Shown here: piece after piece, positions 29,281 to 44,500 of the stretch
Numbering within the stretch: position 1 is the stretch's first letter
Layout: every line of letters begins with the position of its first letter
Source: Azolla caroliniana
Taxonomy: Eukaryota > Plantae > Polypodiophyta
Length of the DNA: 64,000 nt
Reading direction: 5' to 3'
NCBI GenBank assembly: GCA_043228905.1
Contig: JBHGNT010000102.1
Location: 25,827-89,826 of the forward strand
Notes under the pieces: generated by a model
Seen by the model: the letters and a program-made list of their open reading frames with translations, nothing else
The model's database searches: none
What the model was told of the DNA's origin: nothing
Made by a program: the position numbers and the translations under genes

Positions 29281-32200
29281 ACAGGCTCTTCTCAATTCCC
29301 TCCTCAAATTTGCTAATTTCTTCATGTCTCTCGACCTGAGTTTCAAAATCTTGATTTTTTAATTCTATATCATAGCTAACATTGTTAGCTTCGATACGCA
29401 TGTTTGAACACAAAAATCCGTTATCACACGAGCCAGGTATGAACATTTTAATTTACTCACAGGCTCTTCTCAACTCCCTCCTCAAATTTGCTAATTTCTT
29501 CATGTCTCTCGACCTGAATTTCAAAATCTTGATTTTTTAATTCCATATTATAGCTAGCATTGTTAGCTTCGATACGCATGTTTGAACACAGAAATCCGAT
29601 ATCACACGAGCCTGGTATGAACATTTTCATTTACTCACGGGCTCTTCTCAAGTCCCTCCTCAAATTTGCTAATTTTTTCATGTCTCTCGACCTGAGTTTC
29701 AAAATCTTGATTTTTTAATTCTATATCATAGCTAGCATTGTTAGCTTCGATACGCATGTTTGAACACAAAAATCCGATATCACACGAGCCTGGTATGAAC
29801 ATTTTCATTTACTCACGGGCTCTTCTCAACTCCCTCCTCAAATATGCTAATTTCTTCATGTCTCTCGACCTGAGTTTCCAAATCTTGTTTTTTTAATTCC
29901 ATATCATAGCTAGCATTGTTAGCTTCGATACGCATGTTTCAACACAGAAATCCGATATCACACGAGCCAGGTATGACCATTTTCATTTACCCACGGGCTC
30001 TTCTCAACTCCCTCCTCAAATTTGCTAATTTCTTCATGTCTCTCGACCTGAGTTTCAAAATCTTGATTTTTTAAGTCCATATCATAGCTAGCATTGTTAT
30101 CTTCGTTATCCATGTTTGAACACAAAAATCCGATATCACCCGAGCCTGGTATGAACATTTTCATTTACTCACAGGCTCTTCTCAACTCCCTCCTCAAATT
30201 TGCTAATTTCTTCATGTCTCTCGACCTGAGTTTCAAAATCTTGATTTTTTAATTCTATATCATAGCTAACATTGTTAGCTTCGATACGCATGTTTGAACA
30301 CAAAAATCCGTTATCACACGAGCCAGGTATGAACATTTTAATTTACTCACAGGCTCTTCTCAACTCCCTCCTCAAATTTGCTAATTTCTTCATGTCTCTC
30401 GACCTGAATTTCAAAATCTTGATTTTTAAATTCCATATCATAGCTAGCATTGTTAGCTTCGATACGCATGTTCGAACACAAAAATCCGATATCACACGAG
30501 CGAGGTATGAACATTTTAATTTACTCACAGGCTCTTCTCAACTCCCTCCTCAAATTTGCTAATTTCTTCATGTCTCTCGACCTGAGTTTCAAAATCTTGA
30601 TTTTTTAATTCTATATCATAGCTAACATTGTTAGCTTCGATACGCATGTTTGAACACAAAAATCCGTTATCACACGAGCCAGGTATGAACATTTTAATTT
30701 ACTCACAGGCTCTTCTCAACTCCCTCCTCAAATTTGCTAATTTCTTCATGTCTCTCGACCTGAATTTCAAAATCTTGATTTTTAAATTCCATATCATAGC
30801 TAGCATTGTTAGCTTCGATACGCATGTTTGAACACAAAAATCCGATATCACACGAGCGAGGTATGAACATTTTAATTTACTCACAGGCTCTTCTCAACTC
30901 CCTCCTCAAATTTGCTAATTTCTTCATGTCTCTCGACCTGAGTTTCAAAATCTTGATTTTTTAATTCCATATCATAGCTAGCTTTGTTAGCTTCGATTCG
31001 CATGTTTTAACACAAAAATCCGATATAACACGAGCCAGGTATGACCATTTTAATTTACTCACGGGCTCTTCTCAACTCCCTTCTCAAATTTGCTAATTTC
31101 TTCATGTCTCTCGACCTGAGTTTCAAAATCTTGATTTTTTAAGTCCATATCATAGCTAGCATTGTTAGCTTCGATATCCATGTTTGAACACAGAAATCCG
31201 TTATCACACGAGCCAGGTATGAACATTTTAATTTACTCACGGGCTCTTCTCAACTCCCTCCTCAAATTTGCTAATTTCTTCATGTCTCTCGACCTGAATT
31301 TCAAAATCTTGATTTTTAAATTCCATATCATAGCTAGCATTGTTAGCTTCGATACGCATGTTTGAACACAAAAATCCGATATCACACGAGCGAGGTATGA
31401 ACATTTTAATTTACTCACAGGCTCTTCTCAACTCCCTCCTCAAATTTGCTAATTTCTTCATGTCTCTCGACCTGAATTTCAAAATCTTGATTTTTTAATT
31501 CCATATTATAGCTAGCATTGTTAGCTTCGATACACATGTTTGAACACAGAAATCCGATATCACACGAGCGAGGTATGAACATTTCCATTTACTCACAGGC
31601 TCTTCTCAACTCCCTCCTCAATTTTACTAATTTCTTCATGTCTCTCGACCTGAATTTCAAAATCTTGATTTTTTAATTCCATATCATAGCTAGCATTGTT
31701 AGCTTCGATACGCATGTTTGAACACAGAAATCCGATATCACACGAGCATGGTATGAACATTTTCATTTACTCACGGGCTCTTCTCAAGTCCCTCCTCAAA
31801 TTTGCTAATTTCTTCATGTCTCTCGACCTGAGTTTCAAAATCTTGATTTTTTAATTCCATATCATAGCTAGCTTTGTTAGCTTCGATTCGCATGTTTTAA
31901 CACAAAAATCCGATATAACACGAGCCAGGTATGACCATTTTAATTTACTCACGGGCTCTTCTCAACTCCCTCCTCAAATTTGCTAATTTCTTCATGTCTC
32001 TCGACCTGAATTTCAAAATCTTGATTTTTTAATTCTATATCATAGCTAGCATTGTTAGCTTCGATACGCATGTTTGAACACAGAAATCCGTTATCACACG
32101 AGCCTGGTATAAACATTTTAATTTACTCACAGGCTCTTCTCAACTCCCTCCTCAAATTTGCTAATTTCTTCATGTCTCTCGACCTGAGTTTGAAAATCTT

Positions 32201-33139
32201 GTTTTTTTAATTCCATATCATAGCTAGCATTGTTAGCTTCGATATCCATGTTTCAACACAGAAATCCGATATCACACGAGCCAGGTATGACCATTTTAAT
32301 TTACCCACGGGCTCTTCTCAACTCCCTCCTCAAATTTGCTAATTTCTTCATGTCTCTCGACCTGAATTTCAAAATCTTGATTTTTTAATTCCATGTCATA
32401 GCTAGCATTGTTAGCTTCGATACGCATGTTTGAACACAAAAATCCGATATCACACGAGCCTGGTATGAACATTTTCATTTACTCACGGGCTCTTCTCAAG
32501 TCCCTCCTCAAATTTGCTAATTCCTTCATGTCTCTCGACCTGAGTTTCAAAATCTTGATTTCCTAATTCCATAACATAGCTAGCATTGTTAGCTTCGATA
32601 CGCATGTTTGAACACAGAAATCCGATATCACACGAGCATGGTATGAACATTTTCATTTACTCACGGGCTCTTCTCAAGTCCCTCCTCAAATTTGCTAATT
32701 TCTTCATGTCTCTCGACCTGAGTTTCAAAATCTTGATTTCTTAATTCCATAACATAGCTAGCATTGTTAGCTTCGATACGCATGTTTGAACACAGAAATC
32801 CGATATCACACGAGCCTGGTATGAACATTTTCATTTACTCACGGGCTCTTCTCAAGTCCCTCCTCAAATTTGCTAATTTTTTCATGTCTCTCGACCTGAG
32901 TTTCAAAATCTTGATTTTTTAATTCCATATCATAGCTAGCTTTGTTAGCTTCGATTCGCATGTTTTAACACAGAAATCCGTTATCACACGAGCCTGGTAT
33001 AAACATTTTAATTTACTCACAGGCTCTTCTCAACTCCCTCCTCAAATATGCTAATTTCTTCATGTCTCTCGACCTGAGTTTCAAAATCTTGTTTTTTTAA
33101 TTCCATATCATAGCTAGCATTGTTAGCTTCGATACGCAT

Positions 33140-36100
33140 GTTTCAACACAGAAATCCGATATCACACGAGCCAGGTATGACCATTTTAATTTACCCACGG
33201 GCTCTTCTCAACTCCCTCCTCAAATTTGCTAATTTCTTCATGTCTCTCGACCTGAATTTCAAAATCTTGATTTCTAGATTCCATATCATAGCTAGCATTG
33301 TTAGCTTCGATACGCATGTTTGAACACAAAAATCCGATATCATACGAGCGAGGTATGAACATTTTAATTTACTCACAGGCTCTTCTCAACTCCCTCCTCA
33401 AATTTGCTAATTTCTTCATGTCTCTCGACCTAAGTTTCAAAATCTTGATTTCTTAATTCCATAACATAGCTAGCATTGTTAGCTTCGATACGCATGTTTG
33501 AACACAGAAATCCGATATCACACGAGCCAGGTATGACCATTTTAATTTACTCACAGGCTCTTCTCAACTCCCTCCTCAAATTTGCTAATTTCTTCATGTC
33601 TCTCGACCTCAGTTTCAAAATCTTGATTTCTTAATTCCATAACATAGCTAGCATTGTTAGCTTCGATACGCATGTTTGAACACAGAAATCCGATATCACA
33701 CGAGCCTGGTATGAACATTTTCATTTACTCACGGGCTCTTCTCAAGTCCCTCCTCAAATTTGCTAATTTTCTCATGTCTATCGACCTGAGTTTCAAAATT
33801 TTGATTTTTTAATTCCATATCATAGCTAGCTTTGTTAGCTTCGATTCGCATGTTTTAACACAAAAATCCGATATAACACGAGCCAGGTATGACCATTTTA
33901 ATTTACTCACGGGCTCTTCTCAACTCCCTTCTCAAATTTGCTAATTTCTTCATGTCTCTCGACCTGAGTTTCAAAATCTTGATTTTTTAATTCCATATCA
34001 TAGCTAGCATTGTTAGCTTCGATACGCATGTTTGAACACAGAAATCCGATATCACACGAGCCTGGTATGAACATTTTCATTTACTCACGGGCTCTTCTCA
34101 AGTCCCTCCTCAAATTTGCTAATTTTTTCATGTCTCTCGACCTGAGTTTCAAAATCTTGATTTTTTAATTCTATATCATAGCTAGCATTGTTAGCTTCGA
34201 TACGCATGTTTGAACACAGAAATCCGTTATCACACGAGCCTGGTATAAACATTTTAATTTACTCACAGGCTCTTCTCAACTCCCTCCTCAAATATGCTAA
34301 TTTCTTCATGTCTCTCGACCTGAGTTTCAAAATCTTGTTTTTTTAATTCCATATCATAGCTAGCATTGTTAGCTTCGATACGCATGTTTCAACACAGAAA
34401 TCCGATATCACACGAGCCAGGTATGACCATTTTAATTTACCCACGGGCTCTTCTCAACTCCCTCCTCAAATTTGCTAATTTCTTCATGTCTCTCGACCTG
34501 AGTTTCGAAATCTTGATTTTTTAAGTCCATATTATAGCTAGCATTGTTAGCTTCGTTATCCATGTTTGAACACAAAAATCCGATATCACCCGAGCCTGGT
34601 ATGAACATTTTAATTTACTCACAGGCTCTTCTCAACTCCCTCCTCAAATTTGCTAATTTCTTCATGTCTCTCGACCTGAGTTTCAAAATCTTGATTTTTT
34701 AATTCTATATCATAGCTAACATTGTTAGCTTCGATACGCATGTTTGAACACAAAAATCCGTTATCACACGAGCCAGGTATGAACGTTTTAATTTACTCAC
34801 AGGCTCTTCTCAACTCCCTCCTCAAATTTGCTAATTTCTTCATGTCTCTCGACCTGAATTTCAAAATGTTGATTTTTAAATTCCATATCATAGCTAGCAT
34901 TGTTAGCTTCGATACGCATGTTTGAACACAAAAATCCGATATCACACGAGCGAGGTATGAACATTTTAATTTACTCACAGGCTCTTCTCAACTCCCTCCT
35001 CAAATTTGCTAATTTCTTCATGTCTCTCGACCTGAGTTTCAAAATCTTGATTTTTTAATTCCATATCATAGCTAGCTTTGTTAGCTTCGATTCGCATGTT
35101 TTAACACAAAAATCCGATATAACACGAGCCAGGTATGACCATTTTAATTTACTCACGGGCTCTTCTCAACTCCCTTCTCAAATTTGCTAATTTCTTCATG
35201 TCTCTCGACCTGAGTTTCAAAATCTTGATTTTTGAAGTCCATATCACAGCTAGCATTGTTAGCTTCGATATCCATGTTTGAACACAGAAATCCGTTATCA
35301 CACGAGCCAGGTATGAACATTTTAATTTACTCACGGGCTCTTCTCAACTCCCTCCTCAAATTTGCTAATTTCTTCATGTCTCTCGACCTGAATTTCAAAA
35401 TCTTGATTTTTTAATTCCATATTATAGCTAGCATTGTTAGCTTCGATACACATGTTTGAACACAGAAATCCGATATCACACGAGCGAGGTATGAACATTT
35501 TAATTTACTCAGAGGCTCTTCTCAACTCCCTCCTCAATTTTTCTAATTTCTTCATGTCTCTCGACCTGAATTTCAAAATCTTGATTTTTTAATTCCATAT
35601 CATAGCTAGCATTGTTAGCTTCGATACGCATGTTTGAACACAAAAATCCGATATCACACGAGCCTGGTATGAACATTTTCATTTACTCACGGGCTCTTCT
35701 CAAGTCCCTCCTCAAATTTGCTAATTTTTTCATGTCTCTCGACCTGAGTTTCAAAATCTTGATTTTTTAATTCTATATCATAGCTAGCATTGTTAGCTTC
35801 GATACGCATGTTTGAACACAGAAATCCGTTATCACACGAGCCTGGTATAAACATTTTAATTTACTCACAGGCTCTTCTCAACTCCCTCCTCAAATTTGCT
35901 AATTTCTTCATGTCTCTCGACCTCAGTTTCAAAATCTTGATTTCTTAATTCCATAACATAGCTAGCATTGTTAGCTTCGATACGCATGTTTGAACACAGA
36001 AATCCGATATCACACGAGCATGGTATGAACATTTTCATTTACTCACGGGCTCTTCTCAAGTCCCTCCTCAAATTTGCTAATTTCTTCATGTCTCTCGACC

Positions 36101-39100
36101 TGAGTTTCAAAATCTTGATTTTTTAATTCCATATCATAGCTAGCTTTGTTAGCTTCGATTCGCATGTTTTAACACAAAAATCCGATATAACACGAGCCAG
36201 GTATGACCATTTTAATTTACTCACGGGCTCTTCTCAACTCCCTCCTCAAATTTGCTAATTTCTTCATGTCTCTCGACCTGAATTTCAAAATCTTGATTTT
36301 TTAATTCTATATCATAGCTAGCATTGTTAGCTTCGATACGCATGTTTGAACACAGAAATCCGTTATCACACGAGCCTGGTATAAACATTTTAATTTACTC
36401 ACAGGCTCTTCTCAACTCCCTCCTCAAATTTGCTAATTTCTTCATGTCTCTCGACCTGAGTTTGAAAATCTTGTTTTTTTAATTCCATATCATAGCTAGC
36501 ATTGTTAGCTTCGATATCCATGTTTCAACACAGAAATCCGATATCACACGAGCCAGGTATGACCATTTTAATTTACCCACGGGCTCTTCTCAACTCCCTC
36601 CTCAAATTTGCTAATTTCTTCATGTCTCTCGACCTGAATTTCAAAATCTTGATTTCTAGATTCCATATCATAGCTAGCATTGTTAGCTTCGATACGCATG
36701 TTTGAACACAAAAATCCGATATCATACGAGCGAGGTATGAACATTTTAATTTACTCACAGGCTCTTCTCAACTCCCTCCTCAAATTTGCTAATTTCTTCA
36801 TGTCTCTCGACCTAAGTTTCAAAATCTTGATTTCTTAATTCCATAACATAGCTAGCATTGTTAGCTTCGATACGCATGTTTGAACACAGAAATCCGATAT
36901 CACACGAGCCAGGTATGACCATTTTAATTTACTCACAGGCTCTTCTCAACTCCCTCCTCAAATTTGCTAATTTCTTCATGTCTCTCGACCTCAGTTTCAA
37001 AATCTTGATTTCTTAATTCCATAACATAGCTAGCATTGTTAGCTTCGATACGCATGTTTGAACACAGAAATCCGATATCACACGAGCCTGGTATGAACAT
37101 TTTCATTTACTCACGGGCTCTTCTCAAGTCCCTCCTCAAATTTGCTAATTTTCTCATGTCTATCGACCTGAGTTTCAAAATTTTGATTTTTTAATTCCAT
37201 ATCATAGCTAGCTTTGTTAGCTTCGATTCGCATGTTTCAACACAAAAATCCGATATAACACGAGCCAGGTATGACCATTTTAATTTACTCACGGGCTCTT
37301 CTCAACTCCCTTCTCAAATTTGCTAATTTCTTCATGTCTCTCGACCTGAGTTTCAAAATCTTGATTTTTTAATTCCATATCATAGCTAGCATTGTTAGCT
37401 TCGATACGCATGTTTGAACACAGAAATCCGATATCACACGAGCCTGGTATGAACATTTTCATTTACTCACGGGCTCTTCTCAAGTCCCTCCTCAAATTTG
37501 CTAATTTTTTCATGTCTCTCGACCTGAGTTTCAAAATCTTGATTTTTTAATTCTATATCATAGCTAGCATTGTTAGCTTCGATACGCATGTTTGAACACA
37601 GAAATCCGTTATCACACGAGCCTGGTATAAACATTTTAATTTACTCACAGGCTCTTCTCAACTCCCTCCTCAAATATGCTAATTTCTTCATGTCTCTCGA
37701 CCTGAGTTTCAAAATCTTGTTTTTTTAATTCCATATCATAGCTAGCATTGTTAGCTTCGATACGCATGTTTCAACACAGAAATCCGATATCACACGAGCC
37801 AGGTATGACCATTTTAATTTACCCACGGGCTCTTCTCAACTCCCTCCTCAAATTTGCTAATTTCTTCATGTCTCTCGACCTGAGTTTCGAAATCTTGATT
37901 TTTTAAGTCCATATTATAGCTAGCATTGTTAGCTTCGTTATCCATGTTTGAACACAAAAATCCGATATCACCCGAGCCTGGTATGAACATTTTAATTTAC
38001 TCACAGGCTCTTCTCAACTCCCTCCTCAAATTTGCTAATTTCTTCATGTCTCTCGACCTGAGTTTCAAAATCTTGATTTTTTAATTCTATATCATAGCTA
38101 ACATTGTTAGCTTCGATACGCATGTTTGAACACAAAAATCCGTTATCACACGAGCCAGGTATGAACGTTTTAATTTACTCACAGGCTCTTCTCAACTCCC
38201 TCCTCAAATTTGCTAATTTCTTCATGTCTCTCGACCTGAATTTCAAAATGTTGATTTTTAAATTCCATATCATAGCTAGCATTGTTAGCTTCGATACGCA
38301 TGTTTGAACACAAAAATCCGATATCACACGAGCGAGGTATGAACATTTTAATTTACTCACAGGCTCTTCTCAACTCCCTCCTCAAATTTGCTAATTTCTT
38401 CATGTCTCTCGACCTGAGTTTCAAAATCTTGATTTTTTAATTCCATATCATAGCTAGCTTTGTTAGCTTCGATTCGCATGTTTTAACACAAAAATCCGAT
38501 ATAACACGAGCCAGGTATGACCATTTTAATTTACTCACGGGCTCTTCTCAACTCCCTTCTCAAATTTGCTAATTTCTTCATGTCTCTCGACCTGAGTTTC
38601 AAAATCTTGATTTTTGAAGTCCATATCATAGCTAGCATTGTTAGCTTCGATATCCATGTTTGAACACAGAAATCCGTTATCACACGAGCCAGGTATGAAC
38701 ATTTTAATTTACTCACGGGCTCTTCTCAACTCCCTCCTCAAATTTGCTAATTTCTTCATGTCTCTCGACCTGAATTTCAAAATCTTGATTTTTTAATTCC
38801 ATATTATAGCTAGCATTGTTAGCTTCGATACACATGTTTGAACACAGAAATCCGATATCACACGAGCGAGGTATGAACATTTTAATTTACTCAGAGGCTC
38901 TTCTCAACTCCCTCCTCAATTTTTCTAATTTCTTCATGTCTCTCGACCTGAATTTCAAAATCTTGATTTTTTAATTCCATATCATAGCTAGCATTGTTAG
39001 CTTCGATACGCATGTTTGAACACAAAAATCCGATATCACACGAGCCTGGTATGAACATTTTCATTTACTCACGGGCTCTTCTCAAGTCCCTCCTCAAATT

Positions 39101-39390
39101 TGCTAATTTTTTCATGTCTCTCGACCTGAGTTTCAAAATCTTGATTTTTTAATTCTATATCATAGCTAGCATTGTTAGCTTCGATACGCATGTTTGAACA
39201 CAGAAATCCGTTATCACACGAGCCTGGTATAAACATTTTAATTTACTCACAGGCTCTTCTCAACTCCCTCCTCAAATTTGCTAATTTCTTCATGTCTCTC
39301 GACCTCAGTTTCAAAATCTTGATTTCTTAATTCCATAACATAGCTAGCATTGTTAGCTTCGATACGCATGTTTGAACACAGAAATCCGAT
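33140..39390 (-). repeat. Higher-order duplication, 19-monomer offset (3382 bp)
   Basis: ORF pairs 33191/36573, 34722/38104 and 35149/38531. Shared rare variants TTTCTAGATT (33271/36653), GACCTAAG (33427/36809) and GAACGTTTT (34781/38163). Confidence 0.88.
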
Positions 39391-41575
39391 ATCACACGAG
39401 CCTGGTATGAACATTTTCATTTACTCACGGGCTCTTCTCAAGTCCCTCCTCAAATTTGCTAATTTTCTCATGTCTATCGACCTGAGTTTCAAAATTTTGA
39501 TTTTTTAATTCCATATCATAGCTAGCTTTGTTAGCTTCGATTCGCATGTTTTAACACAAAAATCCGATATAACACGAGCCAGGTATGACCATTTTAATTT
39601 ACTCACGGGCTCTTCTCAACTCCCTTCTCAAATTTGCTAATTTCTTCATGTCTCTCGACCTGAGTTTCAAAATCTTGATTTTTTAATTCCATATCATAGC
39701 TAGCATTGTTAGCTTCGATACGCATGTTTGAACACAGAAATCCGATATCACACGAGCCTGGTATGAACATTTTCATTTACTCACGGGCTCTTCTCAAGTC
39801 CCTCCTCAAATTTGCTAATTTTTTCATGTCTCTCGACCTGAGTTTCAAAATCTTGATTTTTTAATTCTATATCATAGCTAGCATTGTTAGCTTCGATACG
39901 CATGTTTGAACACAGAAATCCGTTATCACACGAGCCTGGTATAAACATTTTAATTTACTCACAGGCTCTTCTCAACTCCCTCCTCAAATATGCTAATTTC
40001 TTCATGTCTCTCGACCTGAGTTTCAAAATCTTGTTTTTTTAATTCCATATCATAGCTAGCATTGTTAGCTTCGATACGCATGTTTCAACACAGAAATCCG
40101 ATATCACACGAGCCAGGTATGACCATTTTAATTTACCCACGGGCTCTTCTCAACTCCCTCCTCAAATTTGCTAATTTCTTCATGTCTCTCGACCTGAGTT
40201 TCGAAATCTTGATTTTTTAAGTCCATATTATAGCTAGCATTGTTAGCTTCGTTATCCATGTTTGAACACAAAAATCCGATATCACCCGAGCCTGGTATGA
40301 ACATTTTAATTTACTCACAGGCTCTTCTCAACTCCCTCCTCAAATTTGCTAATTTCTTCATGTCTCTCGACCTGAGTTTCAAAATCTTGATTTTTTAATT
40401 CTATATCATAGCTAACATTGTTAGCTTCGATACGCATGTTTGAACACAAAAATCCGTTATCACACGAGCCAGGTATGAACATTTTAATTTACTCACAGGC
40501 TCTTCTCAACTCCCTCCTCAAATTTGCTAATTTCTTCATGTCTCTCGACCTGAATTTCAAAATGTTGATTTTTAAATTCCATATCATAGCTAGCATTGTT
40601 AGCTTCGATACGCATGTTTGAACACAAAAATCCGATATCACACGAGCGAGGTATGAACATTTTAATTTACTCACAGGCTCTTCTCAACTCCCTCCTCAAA
40701 TTTGCTAATTTCTTCATGTCTCTCGACCTGAGTTTCAAAATCTTGATTTTTTAATTCCATATCATAGCTAGCTTTGTTAGCTTCGATTCGCATGTTTTAA
40801 CACAAAAATCCGATATAACACGAGCCAGGTATGACCATTTTAATTTACTCACGGGCTCTTCTCAACTCCCTTCTCAAATTTGCTAATTTCTTCATGTCTC
40901 TCGACCTGAGTTTCAAAATCTTGATTTTTGAAGTCCATATCATAGCTAGCATTGTTAGCTTCGATATCCATGTTTGAACACAGAAATCCGTTATCACACG
41001 AGCCAGGTATGAACATTTTAATTTACTCACGGGCTCTTCTCAACTCCCTCCTCAAATTTGCTAATTTCTTCATGTCTCTCGACCTGAATTTCAAAATCTT
41101 GATTTTTTAATTCCATATTATAGCTAGCATTGTTAGCTTCGATACACATGTTTGAACACAGAAATCCGATATCACACGAGCGAGGTATGAACATTTTAAT
41201 TTACTCAGAGGCTCTTCTCAACTCCCTCCTCAATTTTTCTAATTTCTTCATGTCTCTCGACCTGAATTTCAAAATCTTGATTTTTTAATTCCATATCATA
41301 GCTAGCATTGTTAGCTTCGATACGCATGTTTGAACACAAAAATCCGATATCACACGAGCCTGGTATGAACATTTTCATTTACTCACGGGCTCTTCTCAAG
41401 TCCCTCCTCAAATTTGCTAATTTTTTCATGTCTCTCGACCTGAGTTTCAAAATCTTGATTTTTTAATTCTATATCATAGCTAGCATTGTTAGCTTCGATA
41501 CGAATGTTTGAACACAGAAATCCGTTATCACACGAGCCTGGTATAAACATTTTAATTTACTCACAGGCTCTTCTC
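36930..41575 (-). repeat. Higher-order tandem duplication, 13 monomers (2314 bp)
   Basis: ORF pairs 38104/40418 and 38531/40845. The GACCTCAG variant lies at 36987 and 39301, and the TTTCGAAA variant at ~37885 and ~40199. Confidence 0.85.
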
Positions 41576-44500
41576 AACTCCCTCCTCAAATATGCTAATT
41601 TCTTCATGTCTCTCGACCTGAGTTTCAAAATCTTGTTTTTTTAATTCCATATCATAGCTAGCATTGTTAGCTTCGATACGCATGTTTCAACACAGAAATC
41701 CGATATCACACGAGCCAGGTATGACCATTTTAATTTACCCACGGGCTCTTCTCAACTCCCTCCTCAAATTTGCTAATTTCTTCATGTCTCTCGACCTGAG
41801 TTTCAAAATCTTGATTTTTTAAGTCCATATTATAGCTAGCATTGTTAGCTTCGTTATCCATGTTTGAACACAAAAATCCGATATCACCCGAGCCTGGTAT
41901 GAACATTTTAATTTACTCACAGGCTCTTCTCAACTCCCTCCTCAAATTTGCTAATTTCTTCATGTCTCTCGATCTGAGTTTCAAAATCTTGATTTTTTAA
42001 TTCTATATCATAGCTAACATTGTTAGCTTCGATACGCATGTTTGAACACAAAAATCCGTTATCACACGAGCCAGGTATGAACATTTTAATTTACTCACAG
42101 GCTCTTCTCAACTCCCTCCTCAAATTTGCTAATTTCTTCATGTCTCTCGACCTGAATTTCAAAATGTTGATTTTTAAATTCCATATCATAGCTAGCATTG
42201 TTAGCTTCGATACGCATATTTGAACACAGAAATCCGTTATCACACGAGCCAGGTATGAACATTTTAATTTACTCACGGGCTCTTCTCAACTCCCTCCTCA
42301 AATTTGCTAATTTATTCATGTCTCTGGACCTGAATTTCAAAATCTTGATTTTTTAATTCCATATTATAGCTAGCATTGTTAGCTTCGATACACATGTTTG
42401 AACACAGAAATCCGATATCACACGAGCGAGGTATGAACATTTTAATTTACTCAGAGGCTCTTCTCAACTCCCTCCTCAATTTTTCTAATTTCTTCATGTC
42501 TCTCGACCTGAATTTCAAAATCTTGATTTTTTAATTCCATATCATAGCTAGCATTGATAGCTTCGATAGGCATGTTTGAACACAAAAATCCGATATCACA
42601 CGAGCCTGGTATGAACATTTTCATTTACTCACGGGCTCTTCTCAAGTCCCTCCTCAAATTTGCTAATTTTTTCATGTCTCTCGACCTGAGTTTCAAAATC
42701 TTGATTTTTTAATTCTATATCATAGCTAGCATTGTTAGCTTCGATACGCATGTTTGAACACAGAAATCCGTTATCACACGAGCCTGGTATAAACATTTTA
42801 ATTTACTCACAGGCTCTTCTCAACTCCCTCCTCAAATATGCTAATTTCTTCATGTCTCTCGACCTGAGTTTCAAAATCTTGTTTTTTTAATTCCATATCA
42901 TAGCTAGCATTGTTAGCTTCGATACGCATGTTTCAACACAGAAATCCGATATCACACGAGCCAGGTATGACCATTTTAATTTACCCACGGGCTCTTCTCA
43001 ACTCCCTCCTCAAATTTGCTAATTTCTTCATGTCTCTCGACATGAGTTTCAAAATCTTGATTTTTTAAGTCCATATTATAGCTAGAATTGTTAGCTTCGT
43101 TATCCATGTTTGAACACAAAAATCCGATATCACCCGAGCCTGGTATGAACATTTTAATTTACTCACAGGCTCTTCTCAACTCCCTCCTCAAATTTGCTAA
43201 TTTCTTCATGTCTCTCGACCTGAATTTCAAAATCTTGATTTTTTAATTCTATATCATAGCTAACATTGTTAGCTTCGATACGCATGTTTGAACACAAAAA
43301 TCCGTTATCACACGAGCCAGGTATGAACATTTTAATTTACTCACAGGCTCTTCTCAACTCCCTCCTCAAATTTGCTAATTTTTTCATGTCTCTCGACCTG
43401 AGTTTCAAAATCTTGATTTTTTAATTCCATATCATAGCTAGCTTTGTTAGCTTCGATTCGCATGTTTTAACACAAAAATCCGATATAACACGAGCCAGGT
43501 ATGACCATTTTAATTTACTCACGGGCTCTTCTCAACTCCCTCCTCAAATATGCTCATTTCTTCATGTCTCTCGACCTGAATTTCAAAATCTTGATTTTTA
43601 AATTCCATATCATAGCTAGCATTGTTAGCTTCGATACGCATGTTTGAACACAGAAATCCGTTATCACACGAGCCTGGTATAAACATTTTAATTTACTCAC
43701 AGGCTCTTCTCAACTCCCTCCTCAAATATGCTAATTTCTTCATGTCTCTCGACCTGAGTTTCAAAATCTTGTTTTTTTAATTCCATAACATAGCTAGCAT
43801 TGTTAGCTTCGATACGCATGTTTCAACACAGAAATCCGATATCACACGAGGCAGGTATGACCATTTTAATTTACCCACGGGCTCTTCTCAACTCCCTCAT
43901 CAAATTTGCTAATATCTTCATGTCTCTCGACCTGAGTTTCAAAATCTTGATTTTTTAAGTCAATATCATAGCTAGCATCGTTAGCTTCGTTATCCATGTT
44001 TGAACACAAAAATCCGATATCACCCGAGCCTGGTATGAACATTTTAATTTACTCACAGGCTCTTCTCAACTCCCTCCTCAAATTTGCTAATTTCTTCATG
44101 TCTCTCGACCTGAATTTCAAAATCTTGATTTTTTAATTCCATATCATAGCTAGCATTGTTAGCTTCGATACGCATGTTTGAACACAAAAATCCGATATCA
44201 CACGAGCGAGGTATGAACATTTCCATTTACTCACAGGCTCTTCTCAACTCCCTCCTCAATTTTTCTAATTTCTTCATGTCTCTCGACCTGAATTTCAAAA
44301 TCTTGATTTTTTAATTCCATATCATAGCTAGCTTTGTTAGCTTCGATTCGCATGTTTTAACACAAAAATCCGATATAACACGAGCCAGGTATGACCATTT
44401 TAATTTACTCACGGGCTCTTCTCAACTCCCTTCTCAAATTTGGTAATTTCTTCATGTCTCTTGACCTGAGTTTCAAAATCTTGATTTTTTAAGTCCATAT

